Assembly: GCA_965116825.1 (NCBI GenBank)
Contig: OZ220736.1
Coordinates: 1,186,057-1,250,056, forward strand
Reading direction: 5' to 3'
Length of the DNA stretch: 64,000 bases
From: Vicinamibacterales bacterium
Lineage (GTDB): Bacteria > Acidobacteriota > Vicinamibacteria > Vicinamibacterales > UBA8438
The notes under the pieces were generated by a model, which saw nothing but the letters and a program-made list of their open reading frames with translations, had not been told where the DNA came from and searched no databases. The position numbers and the translations under genes were made by a program. Position 1 is the stretch's first letter; every line of letters starts with the position of its first letter. Positions 48,526-58,471 of the stretch are shown here, one piece after another.

Positions 48526-49440
48526 TTACATGGGTTCGATGGTGTAGTTCCATTTGGGCATTGAGCTGTCGGGTGTAATGCGCAACTCCCGCATCTGGGC
48601 GTCGGTGACCTTGATGCCGGTCTTGTAGGTCTTTCGGACCAGGTGCGCGCGCACGCGCAGCCCGGTGGCGGTGCGTGTGGTGCGCAGGTACTTCAGGATG
48701 GTCTCGTAGCTGTCCAGCGGGCGGCCCGCCCAGTTCTTGGTGACCTCGCAGAACAGGCGGTGTTCGATTGGATTCCACTTCGAAGTGGCCGGCGGGTAGT
48801 GGGCCACGGTCACGCGCAAGCCGTGCCGGTTGCAGAGGCGGTGCTGCAGGTTGAATTTCCAGGCGCGCGCCGTGCAACTGTTGCTGCCGCCGCCGTCGGC
48901 CAGGATCTGCAACGCGTTGGCCTCGGGATAGTGCTTGCAGCCCTCGGTGCGCCACCATTTCTCGATGCAGTCGACGGCGAACGCCGGGGTGTCGGCGGTC
49001 TGGCCGACGAAGATGGTGCCGGCGTTGGCCCGCGGGTCGTAGATGCCGTAGGGGACGGCGAGTCCCTCAGCGTCTGAGCGGAAGTCGTGGTCCTTGACCC
49101 GTTCGGGACTGCGGTCCCACTTGGCGCCGGGATTGCGGAACGTGCCGACGAGTTCCTTCTTCTTGGTGTCGACGCTGATGACCGGGACGTTGTCGGCGGC
49201 GCAACGCTCGCGCAGTTCGGTGATGTTCCGAAACTGGTCGTCGCGCCTCGGATGCGAGGCCCCGGCGAGCTTCTTGTGGTTGACGCGCAACGAATAGCCC
49301 ATCGCCTTGAGCAGTCGCGCGACCGTCTGCGGGCAGACGTCGATGCCGAGCGCGCACAGTTCATCGGCGACCTTGGCGGTCGTACGGCGTGTCCACTTCA
49401 GGCCCCTGACCGGGTCGCCGGCCGTCTCGTGTTCCATCAA
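48526..49440 (-). CDS. ISAzo13-family transposase, C-terminal (DDE) part
   Basis: LMEHETAGDPVRGLKWTRRTT...ISVDTKKKELVG...ILADGGGSNS...HYPPATSKWNPIEHRLF is the characteristic ISAzo13/Rhodopirellula-type DDE transposase. It is joined to the N-part by a -1 shift at an A8 run. Confidence 0.85.
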   Translation of the reverse strand: MMEHETAGDPVRGLKWTRRTTAKVADELCALGIDVCPQTVARLLKAMGYSLRVNHKKLAGASHPRRDDQFRNITELRERCAADNVPVISVDTKKKELVGTFRNPGAKWDRSPERVKDHDFRSDAEGLAVPYGIYDPRANAGTIFVGQTADTPAFAVDCIEKWWRTEGCKHYPEANALQILADGGGSNSCTARAWKFNLQHRLCNRHGLRVTVAHYPPATSKWNPIEHRLFCEVTKNWAGRPLDSYETILKYLRTTRTATGLRVRAHLVRKTYKTGIKVTDAQMRELRITPDSSMPKWNYTIEPM

Positions 49441-50150
49441 GGCTTGGATGCAGACGATGACTTCCGGTGTTTTTTTTCCGTTGGTGTGCGTCCGCCGCCC
49501 GCGCGCCGCACCCGGTCGACCTCGACGTCACGCGCGACCAGTTGCCGCCGGCCCGAAGCGACCGTCGACGGGTCGATGCCGAGCAGTCGGGCGATGCGCC
49601 GGTCACCGCCCCACCCGCACTTGAGCGCTTCGAGGCCGGCGAACAGACGCCGCTGCCGCTCGTCGAGCAGGCTGGCGAACAACACGATGGCGGCACGCAA
49701 CTCCTCGGGCATCAGGTCGGCGTCGGGTAGGGGTTGTCCAAGTCCGGGCGTGGCCAGCAGCAGGCGTCTGCTGCGCACTTGGTGCGTCTGCTGCGTGCGG
49801 TCGGCCGCGCAGTAGAGGAACTGGCCGGCGAGCTTGTGGCGTGTCAGCCGCTCGTCAGCGACGAGTTTACGCAGCGCGTCCTGGGTGCCGACACCGAGCA
49901 GGTTGTCCAACTCGTCGACGAAGTGTCCGGCTTCGGCGTGGTTGACGAACGACTCGGCGGTTGCGAGCAGGGTGCCGGCGCGGGAGAAGCGGACTCCGGC
50001 GAAGGACCACAGGCCGCGCTCGTCGAAGTCGGCGAGTTGGTCGAGGGTGTAGTAGCCGCCACGATGCGAGTAGCTGGTGCGGGCGTCGATGTCCTTGAGC
50101 TTGCGGAACGCGGTGCGCCTGCTGGCGCCGGCACCGAGCGCGGCCATCAC
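49437..50150 (-). CDS. ISAzo13-family transposase, N-terminal part
   Basis: Ends ...RRAGGGRTPTEKK then runs out of frame. The -1 frame continues TPEVIVCIQALMEHETAGDP. Confidence 0.8.
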   Translation of the reverse strand: MMAALGAGASRRTAFRKLKDIDARTSYSHRGGYYTLDQLADFDERGLWSFAGVRFSRAGTLLATAESFVNHAEAGHFVDELDNLLGVGTQDALRKLVADERLTRHKLAGQFLYCAADRTQQTHQVRSRRLLLATPGLGQPLPDADLMPEELRAAIVLFASLLDERQRRLFAGLEALKCGWGGDRRIARLLGIDPSTVASGRRQLVARDVEVDRVRRAGGGRTPTEKKHRKSSSASKP

Positions 50151-50409
50151 CTCGGCCAGCGAGGCGATGGTCTGGTTGCCGAGTAGGGCGCTGATCGTGT
50201 CGGCGGAGAACTGGGTGGGTCTCCTTATGGCACCATTACTGGTTTATATTACCGCAATGATGCCATAATCCAGACGGGGTTGCACCTCTCAGAATCCAGA
50301 AAACCTCCGTCCTGACGAGACTGGTCGCCGATCACGAGAGTCGCGGCGCTGGTGTGCTCTACTGCAAGACTACAGGCACTTCTAGGAACTTATTGTTGCG
50401 CGGACCCTA

Positions 50410-50643
50410 AATGGCATTGAAAGCTATCCAATAGAAGATGAATGCGGCGTCCAGGTCACCTACCCCAGCCCCGTACTCCTTCTCGGCGCGCTCAAGCCAA
50501 CTCAGGGCGCGACTCAACCTGAGGTTGAGGCTGTCATGCGGGTTGGATGAATCGCCGGGGGGCGGGCTGTACCAAGCGGCGCCTTCCCACTCAGTCCTCA
50601 AGGCTTTCGCCCCCAAGGGCACCGTCGACACCCTTGGGGACAT
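50410..50643 (-). pseudogene. N-terminal part of the IS-split Rx4H (HEPN-like) protein gene
   Basis: MSPRV...LSRALSWLERAEKEYGAGVGDLDAAFIFYWIAFNAI, then a stop codon created by the IS end. Joining it to 48492 gives ...AFNAI-YGQRG... and an uninterrupted 249-codon ORF. Confidence 0.55.
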
Positions 50644-50696
50644 GCGTTGGTCCACGCGGGTCGATTCTCGGTCGTCTCTCGCGGCAAGTACCGGGC

Positions 50697-52468
<1,772 letters not shown>

Positions 52469-52472
<4 letters not shown>

Positions 52473-52954
52473 GGCTTCAACGGCAAGCCGTCAGAGTCCT
52501 TGAGCTCGCCCACGAGAATGAGGATGAGATCGACCAGCGTCCAGACACCCAGAGCGCCGAAGGTCACGAGCATCAGAATGCCCGTGCCGATCTTGCCCAC
52601 GTAGAAGCGGTGCATGCCCGCGACCAGAATGAAGCCCAGAATACAGAGCAACGCCGCCAATCCCTTGGTCCTGGTCGAGGTCGTGGGCTCCGCGGCCGGG
52701 TTCGGCGCGCCGCATTGCGGGCAGGTCGGCGCGTTCAACGCGATCCGGTGCCCGCACGTCGGGCAGTGCACGAGTAGCGGGCCACCTGGCGGCGGCGGGG
52801 CGGGCGCAGCCGCCACTGCCGGCGGCGGGGCGGACGCAGGCCCCGCTGCCGGCGGCGGCGGGGCTGCTACGGCAGCCGGCGTTGCGGGCGACGTCGGGGC
52901 TGCCGCAGGCGCCGCAACGGGAGGCGCCGGGTCCGACGAACCGTTGCTCGGCAT
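52469..52954 (-). CDS. zinc-ribbon plus TM2-domain membrane protein
   Basis: Pro/Ala-rich N-terminus, CPTCGH...CPQCG zinc ribbon, and TM2 core GMHRFYVGKIGTGILMLVTFGALGVWTLVDLILI. Its stop overlaps the GTG of ggt. Confidence 0.8.
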
Positions 52955-53052
52955 GCTGTCGTCCTCCCTGCGCGCGGATCATGACCGGGATCGACCGCCG
53001 GACGCAATGCCGCCGTGTCGAGCTCGCCCGGAGCCGCGCGTCCTGCACCCGA

Positions 53053-54954
53053 CTACGCTCGACCGGCCGCGGCGGTTCCCGCGCCGGCGCCGACCTGACG
53101 GCGGACCGCGGCGGCGATGCAGGAGGCGGAGATGCCGAACTGTTCGAGCAGCTCGTCGGGCCGTCCGCTGCGCGGGACCCCGCGGACTGCGAGGCGCTCC
53201 ACCACGATGCCGTCGGCCGCGACCGCTTCGCTGACCGCGTCGCCGAGCCCTCCGGCCGCGTAGTGGTCCTCGACGGTGATGAGCCGGCCGCCCGTCTCCC
53301 CCGCGGCGGCGACCAGGGCGCGGCGGTCCACCGGCTGCACCGAATAGGCGTCGATGACACGCAGCGGGATGCCCTCGGCGGCCAGCGCGTCGTGCGCCCG
53401 CAACGCCTCGAACAGGGTCACCCCGGCCGCCACCACCGTCGCCGCGTCGTCCGGCGACTCGCGCACCACCTTCGACCCGCCGATCGGGAACTCGTCGTCC
53501 GGCCCGTAGATGACCGGGGTCTTCGGCCGGGAGGTCCGGATGTAGACCATGCCGTCGCAACCGGCCGCCTCCTCGACGAGGCGCGCCGTGCTGACCGCGT
53601 CGCACGGATAGAGGACGGCGCAGCCCGGCACGGCGCGCATCATCGCGAGATCCTCCAGCGCCATCTGGGAGGGTCCGTCCTCGCCGATGGAAATCCCGGC
53701 ATGCGAGCCGGCGAGCTTGACGTTCATCCCGCCGATGCCCGCCATGCGCACGAAGTCGGAGGCCCGCGTCAGGAAGGCGGCGAACGTCGACGGAAACGGG
53801 ATGGCGCCGCGGCCGGCCAGTCCCATCGCGGCCCCGACCATCGCCTGCTCGGCGATGTAGGTCTCGAAGAACCGGTCCGGATGCGCGCGCTCGAACGTCT
53901 GGCTGAACGTGGAATTGCCCACGTCCGCGTCGAGCGCCACGATACGCTGATCCGCCGCGCCGAGCGCCGCGAGCGCGTCGCCGTAGGCGGTCCGCGTCGC
54001 CACGTGGCTCCCCCGCTCGTAGGCCGGCGGGGACGGCAATCGCGGCGGACCGGCGGGGACCGCCGCCGGCGCCGCATCCGAACGCACCGGCCGCGGAATG
54101 GCCGGAACCGCCGTTTCCGGCCCGAGCCGGCCGTGCAACTCGTCGAGCGCGGCGTCGAGATCCGCACCGGGCTCGATCGGCTTGCCGTGCCAGCCGTCCT
54201 TCCCCTCGATCAACGACACGCCCTTGCCCTTGACCGTGCGGGCGAGGATCATCGTCGGCCGTCCGGTGGTCCCGCGTGCTTCCTCCAGCGCCGCCGCGAT
54301 GGCCCCGACGTCGTGGCCGTCGACGACGACGGCGTGCCAGCCGAAGGCCTCCCATCGCCTCCGGTAAGCGGCCATGTCGTGGCCCCACTGCGTCGCCCGG
54401 CTCTGGCCGAAGCCGTTGACGTCGGTGATGCCGCACAGGTTGTCGAGCCCGTAGCGGTCGGCGACCTGCGCGGCCTCCCACACCGAGCCCTCCGCCGACT
54501 CGCCGTCTCCGATCAGCACGTAGGTGCGGTAGCCGGACCCGATGCGGCGGGCGTTGAGCGCGATGCCGACGGCGGCGCAGATGCCCTGCCCGAGCGAGCC
54601 GGTCGCCACGTCGACGAAGGGCAGGCGCGGCGTCGGGTGCCCTTCGAGATCGCTGTCGATGCACCGCAGCTTCAGCAGGTCGTCCGGCGGCACGAAGCCC
54701 GCCTCGGCCCAGGCGGCATACAGCAGCGGGGCGGCGTGACCCTTCGACAGGACGAAGCGGTCGTTGTCGTGGTTCTGCGGGTCCTGCGGGTCGAAGCGCA
54801 TGTGCCCGAAGAACAGGGCGGCGACGATGTCCGCGGCCGAGCAGCAGCTCGACGGATGGCCGCTGCCCGCCGCACTCGTGGCGCGCACGGACGCCATGCG
54901 CAGACGAGTCGCGACCCGCTCGAGCGCGGGGACGATGGTGGAATCGGACGGCAA
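53053..54954 (-). CDS. tkt: transketolase
   Basis: 633 aa. GSGHPSSCCSAADI...LSKGHAAPLLYA, GDGESAEGSVWEA, and pyrimidine-binding and C-terminal domains. Confidence 0.9.
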   Translation of the reverse strand: MPSDSTIVPALERVATRLRMASVRATSAAGSGHPSSCCSAADIVAALFFGHMRFDPQDPQNHDNDRFVLSKGHAAPLLYAAWAEAGFVPPDDLLKLRCIDSDLEGHPTPRLPFVDVATGSLGQGICAAVGIALNARRIGSGYRTYVLIGDGESAEGSVWEAAQVADRYGLDNLCGITDVNGFGQSRATQWGHDMAAYRRRWEAFGWHAVVVDGHDVGAIAAALEEARGTTGRPTMILARTVKGKGVSLIEGKDGWHGKPIEPGADLDAALDELHGRLGPETAVPAIPRPVRSDAAPAAVPAGPPRLPSPPAYERGSHVATRTAYGDALAALGAADQRIVALDADVGNSTFSQTFERAHPDRFFETYIAEQAMVGAAMGLAGRGAIPFPSTFAAFLTRASDFVRMAGIGGMNVKLAGSHAGISIGEDGPSQMALEDLAMMRAVPGCAVLYPCDAVSTARLVEEAAGCDGMVYIRTSRPKTPVIYGPDDEFPIGGSKVVRESPDDAATVVAAGVTLFEALRAHDALAAEGIPLRVIDAYSVQPVDRRALVAAAGETGGRLITVEDHYAAGGLGDAVSEAVAADGIVVERLAVRGVPRSGRPDELLEQFGISASCIAAAVRRQVGAGAGTAAAGRA

Positions 54955-55122
54955 GGGTTCCTCTGGGGCGGGAAGTCTAGCACGGCGGCTGCGGGCGTCC
55001 GGCGAAACTCACTCCGAGTCGGCGAAGCTCCCGCGTGGTCGCGCCGGCTCTATCTTGGCGGAGGCGGTGGAGGTGGAGGTGGGGGAGTCGGTGGGCGTGT
55101 CGGCCCGCCGGTGCGATCCGTA

Positions 55123-55650
55123 TCACCTCGTGGCATATCGATCCTCTGTCACTCTGTAGGCGTCGGCGGTGGTGGCCACGTTGATCTTCTCGCTCACCTT
55201 CACATGGACGTCCATGGGGATGGTCGCCCGCCCGAGTCTCCTGGAGAGTTCCTTGTTCCGTTCCCGGATATCGGAGTCGGTGACCGCTGCAGAGTCGACG
55301 TCCAGCCAGAGCTGCCGCCACTCGGTCTCCAGATCCTGGCATTCCCTCCTGGCGGAGTTGAGCACAGCGATCTTGGTGCCGTAATCCGACATGAAGTCCC
55401 ATGTGACCAGAACGGCGATGCCCAGGTTGGGAATCATCTGCCACTGCTCGGGCAGCATGTTCAGGATCGTCGCGACACTACCCGTTGCGGAAAGCAGCAG
55501 ACCAAAGCGTACAGCGCTGTGACGGTTACGGAAGCGCGACTCCATCTTCTCCGCATACCGGGTCATACGAGCAGCGTCCAGCATCTCGCTCCACACGGCG
55601 TGTCGGGTTCCTTCCGTGACGGCCTGCCGCGCGATGCGCTCGTCGTCCAT
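55123..55650 (-). CDS. hypothetical 2-TM protein in a lower-GC patch (SLATT/DUF4231-like topology, tentative)
   Basis: Strong AGGAGGGGG RBS. 175 aa: an N-terminal helix, two adjacent TM helices (VRFGLLLSATGSVATILNML and IPNLGIAVLVTWDFM), then a charged helical tail. No firm family match from memory. Confidence 0.45.
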   Translation of the reverse strand: MDDERIARQAVTEGTRHAVWSEMLDAARMTRYAEKMESRFRNRHSAVRFGLLLSATGSVATILNMLPEQWQMIPNLGIAVLVTWDFMSDYGTKIAVLNSARRECQDLETEWRQLWLDVDSAAVTDSDIRERNKELSRRLGRATIPMDVHVKVSEKINVATTADAYRVTEDRYATR

Positions 55651-55699
55651 CGGCCCCCTCCTGTTCCAACTCTATACCGACCTCATGTGCAGCGGTCGC

Positions 55700-57178
55700 T
55701 CAGTCGACATCCAGCAGATCGCGCACGGCCAGCGCGTACGGCGCCGCGTCGACCCCGTGCGCGCGGGCGGCCGCCGTCTGCGCGGCTAGCGTGGCGACGG
55801 CGCGATCCCGAAACGCGGGGTCGGCCGTGATGGTCGCCAATCTCAGGAGGATGCGCGCCGCCTCGCAGTTGACGGCGAACGGTCGCAGGGGCTCCCGCAA
55901 CAGGCCGATGTCCTCCGGGCCGTGAACGCGGTCGCGGAAGCCGCCGCCTCCGCTCGCGCCCCACAGGTGCTGGATTGCGAAGTGCATCAGCTCCTGGGCC
56001 ATGTCGAGATAGACCTCGCGGCCGGTCAGCTCGTGGAGATCGAGCAGCGCCGCGGCGGCCCGGACCTGGTCGGAGAGCAGGCCCCGGACGCCGGTGCGGG
56101 AGCCGGCCCGGTGGGCGATCCCGCCGCCGCGCTCGTAGGTCCCCGCCACGACGTGCTCCATCGCGTCGACGGCGAACTCCAGCAGCGACGAGTCCCGCAG
56201 GGTCTCCGACGCGGCGGCGAACGCGCGGGCCATCAGGGCGGTGCCGTCGGCGTAGACGGCGCGGTCGACAGGGGGCGGCCCGGCGGCGGGTGCATCTGCC
56301 TCCGTCCGCGGCCGGTAGTAGTCCGGGTCGCCCCGCTGGCTGGCGAAGAACCCGGGATGGTCCGGCGCCAGGTCGGCCAGCGTGCGCCGCACGTAGCCGA
56401 CCACGCCGATGGCCCGGTCGAGGCAGCCGTCGTCGTCGGGCAGCAGGAAGAGGCGGAGCGCCTCGGCATTGACGGCGAGCAGCTTCTCCGTCGCCGGCTC
56501 GGTCCAGTCGCGGCGCGCGCAGTAGCGGAACACGCCGCCGTCGAGCTCGTCGTAGAGCCCGCCCCAGGCCATGGCCCGGAGCGTGCGTTCGACCACCGCG
56601 CCGAACGCCTCGTCACCGTCGCCGGCCCGGCGCCACGCCAGCTCGAGGGCGGCGGCGTGGACCCGCTTCGCCCCGGCGCCGAAGCCGCCGTGCTCCTCGT
56701 CGAACTGCGCGAGCAGACACTCGCCCACCCAGGCGTCGACGCCGGAATCCGGCGCGGCGGCCGCCGGAACGGCAGGTTGTGCGGCAGGCGCGGCGCCGCG
56801 CGCGACGATCGCGTCCCGCTGCTGCTCGAACGCGTCGGCCACGCGCGGCAGCAGGTCCCGCATCCGCTCCGTCGTCGCGTAGGTCTCCCCGCCCAGAACC
56901 TGACCGTCCGGAGTCAGGAACGCGGTCGTCGGCCATCCACCGAGGCCGTAGCGGTCTGCGATGTCGGGCCGCTCTTCCGCATCGACGCGGACCGGCACGA
57001 ACCGATCGTCCAGCAGATCGGCGACGCGGGGATCGGCGTACGCCCCGCCCATCATGGACGCGCTGGCGGGGCACCAGCGCGGTCCGAGGGCCAGCAGCAC
57101 CGGGACCTGCCCAACCCGCGCCTCCTCGAAGGCGGCGCGCCCCCACGAACGCCACTCGACGAGGAAGGTTGTCGCCAC
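55700..57178 (-). CDS. thioredoxin-domain (DUF255/YyaL-like) protein with (alpha/alpha)6 C-terminal domain
   Basis: N-terminal WRSWGRAAFEEARVGQVPVLLALGPRWC...RFVPVRVDAEERPDIADRY...GWPTTAFLTPDG. The usual CxxC is degenerate (WCPASAS). Confidence 0.75.
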   Translation of the reverse strand: MATTFLVEWRSWGRAAFEEARVGQVPVLLALGPRWCPASASMMGGAYADPRVADLLDDRFVPVRVDAEERPDIADRYGLGGWPTTAFLTPDGQVLGGETYATTERMRDLLPRVADAFEQQRDAIVARGAAPAAQPAVPAAAAPDSGVDAWVGECLLAQFDEEHGGFGAGAKRVHAAALELAWRRAGDGDEAFGAVVERTLRAMAWGGLYDELDGGVFRYCARRDWTEPATEKLLAVNAEALRLFLLPDDDGCLDRAIGVVGYVRRTLADLAPDHPGFFASQRGDPDYYRPRTEADAPAAGPPPVDRAVYADGTALMARAFAAASETLRDSSLLEFAVDAMEHVVAGTYERGGGIAHRAGSRTGVRGLLSDQVRAAAALLDLHELTGREVYLDMAQELMHFAIQHLWGASGGGGFRDRVHGPEDIGLLREPLRPFAVNCEAARILLRLATITADPAFRDRAVATLAAQTAAARAHGVDAAPYALAVRDLLDVD

Positions 57179-57274
57179 GGGCGCCTGCTCACCGGCCGGT
57201 CAGGCGTACATCGAGGCAGACGCGCCGGCCATGACGCGCCACCTCGCCGCGCCCGATCACCCGCGGGTGAGACG

Positions 57275-57739
57275 CTACTCCTCGGTGATGTCCGCCTGGA
57301 TGTCGAGATCGATGCAGCCGGCCACGCTGTTGGCGGCGGGACACCCGGTCGGGTGCCGCTCGACAGCGCGCTCGGCCGCCTCGCGCTTCCCTTTCGGGAT
57401 CGTGAGGTCGTAGCGGACGCGGATGCGCGTGATGCGCAGCACCTTGTCGATCGCTTCGATGTCGCCTTCGACGGCGGCGGTGATCTTGTCGGGCGGCGCC
57501 GGAATGTCGCGCACCTCCAGTGCGCGTGCAAGGGTGCCGAGCAGTCAACCGCCGACGGCGCCGACCATGTAGTCGAGCGTCGCGGGCACGTCCTCGTCCG
57601 GCTCCACCCCGTAGAACTTCTTGATGCCCCCGTGCACGCCGAACCGGATCGGCGTGTCGAACCCCTCGAGGAACATCTCGCGGATGGGCCCCTTGACCCG
57701 ATCGATCCGCATGCGGCTGGTATGTACGACGTCTGGCAC
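57275..57739 (-). CDS. OsmC-like selenoprotein, in-frame TGA at 57547-57545
   Basis: Track ORFs 57545..57946 and 57275..57514 share one frame separated only by the TGA. The read-through gives ...ATLDYMVGAVGG-U-LLGTLARALEVRDI...ERHPTGCPAANSV, so U falls at the first conserved OsmC Cys and the second Cys is retained. GTG start at 57739 after GGAAGGAG (an ATG at 57712 is the alternative). Confidence 0.7.
57508..57526 (-). promoter_or_regulatory. candidate bacterial SECIS hairpin
   Basis: On the mRNA strand, 18 nt after the UGA: CGCGCAC-UGGAG-GUGCGCG, a 7-bp perfect stem with a 5-nt G-containing loop. Not folded computationally. Confidence 0.45.
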
Positions 57740-57815
57740 GAGCGGCTCCTTCCGCCTCCGGCCGCGATCGCGCGGCGCCGGGCACTTCGCTTCCCCGATG
57801 CTACAATCGGGGACC

Positions 57816-58370
57816 ATGCAAGAGTCAAGAATCGGTTTTGTTTTCGTCGTCTTCGCGGCTGCGCTGCTGCTCGCGGGGAGCGCGGTTCCGGCCGGCGCCC
57901 AGGCGCCGAGCTTCCAGGCGGAAGAGGGACCCGAAGGGGTCCGCAACTACACGCGCGTCGACGCCACCGTCGCCTGCGCCGGCGCCACGCCGGTCGAGGC
58001 GCTGGCCGTGCTGCAGGAACGGGGCTTCCGCACCATCGTCAACTTCCGCACCCCGGGCGAGCAGGGGGCCAACATCGACGACAGCCGTGCGGCGGCCGAG
58101 GCGGCGGGCCTCAACTACGTCCACCTGCCGTTCCGCACGCCGACGGCCGAGATCGCCGAGGCGTTCCTCGACACGGTGGGCGAGCCGGCCAATCAGCCCG
58201 TCTACATCCACTGCGGCTCCGCCAACCGGGTGGGCGCGATGTGGCTGATCAAGCGCGTCAAGCAGGACGGCTACTCGGTGGAGGATGCCACCGCCGAGGC
58301 AGAAGCGATCGGCCTGCGCAGCGTCCCGCTGAGGAACTTCGCGCTCGAGTACGTCGGCGCAGGCAACTGA
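57816..58370 (+). CDS. secreted DUF442/PTP-loop (dual-specificity phosphatase-like, sulfur-transferase-associated) protein
   Basis: ATG at 57816, signal peptide. VYIHCGSANRVGAMW is an HC-x4-R loop, as in TIGR01244/DUF442 proteins. Confidence 0.6.
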   Translation: MQESRIGFVFVVFAAALLLAGSAVPAGAQAPSFQAEEGPEGVRNYTRVDATVACAGATPVEALAVLQERGFRTIVNFRTPGEQGANIDDSRAAAEAAGLNYVHLPFRTPTAEIAEAFLDTVGEPANQPVYIHCGSANRVGAMWLIKRVKQDGYSVEDATAEAEAIGLRSVPLRNFALEYVGAGN

Positions 58371-58471
58371 CGGACTCGGGCCGACAGCGACACGGTGGCC
58401 GACGACACGTGGCCGACGACACGGCGGGCAGCGGCACCGTGGCCGGCAAGGAAACGAAACGCCTCGGCGAC

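Larger units (their letters stand above)
48494..50407 (-). mobile_element. ISAzo13-family insertion sequence
   Basis: 23-bp terminal inverted repeats GGGCCGGCGCAAGAATAACTTCC (48494-48516) and GGAACTTATTGTTGCGCGGACCC (50385-50407), 19/23 match. A 3-bp TSD TAA lies at 48491-48493 and 50408-50410. Confidence 0.85.

Noticed and set aside
52700-52960. Highly repetitive GCC/CCG/GCG stretch
   Set aside because: It is the Pro/Ala-rich low-complexity N-terminal linker of the zinc-ribbon/TM2 protein (minus strand), not a nucleotide repeat element.
55040-55100. G-rich run GGCGGAGGCGGTGGAGGTGGAGGTGGGGGAGTCGGTGGGCG (possible G-quadruplex or repeat)
   Set aside because: Only short, irregular G-tracts in a short intergenic spacer. 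There is no periodicity or second copy, so support for any function is insufficient.
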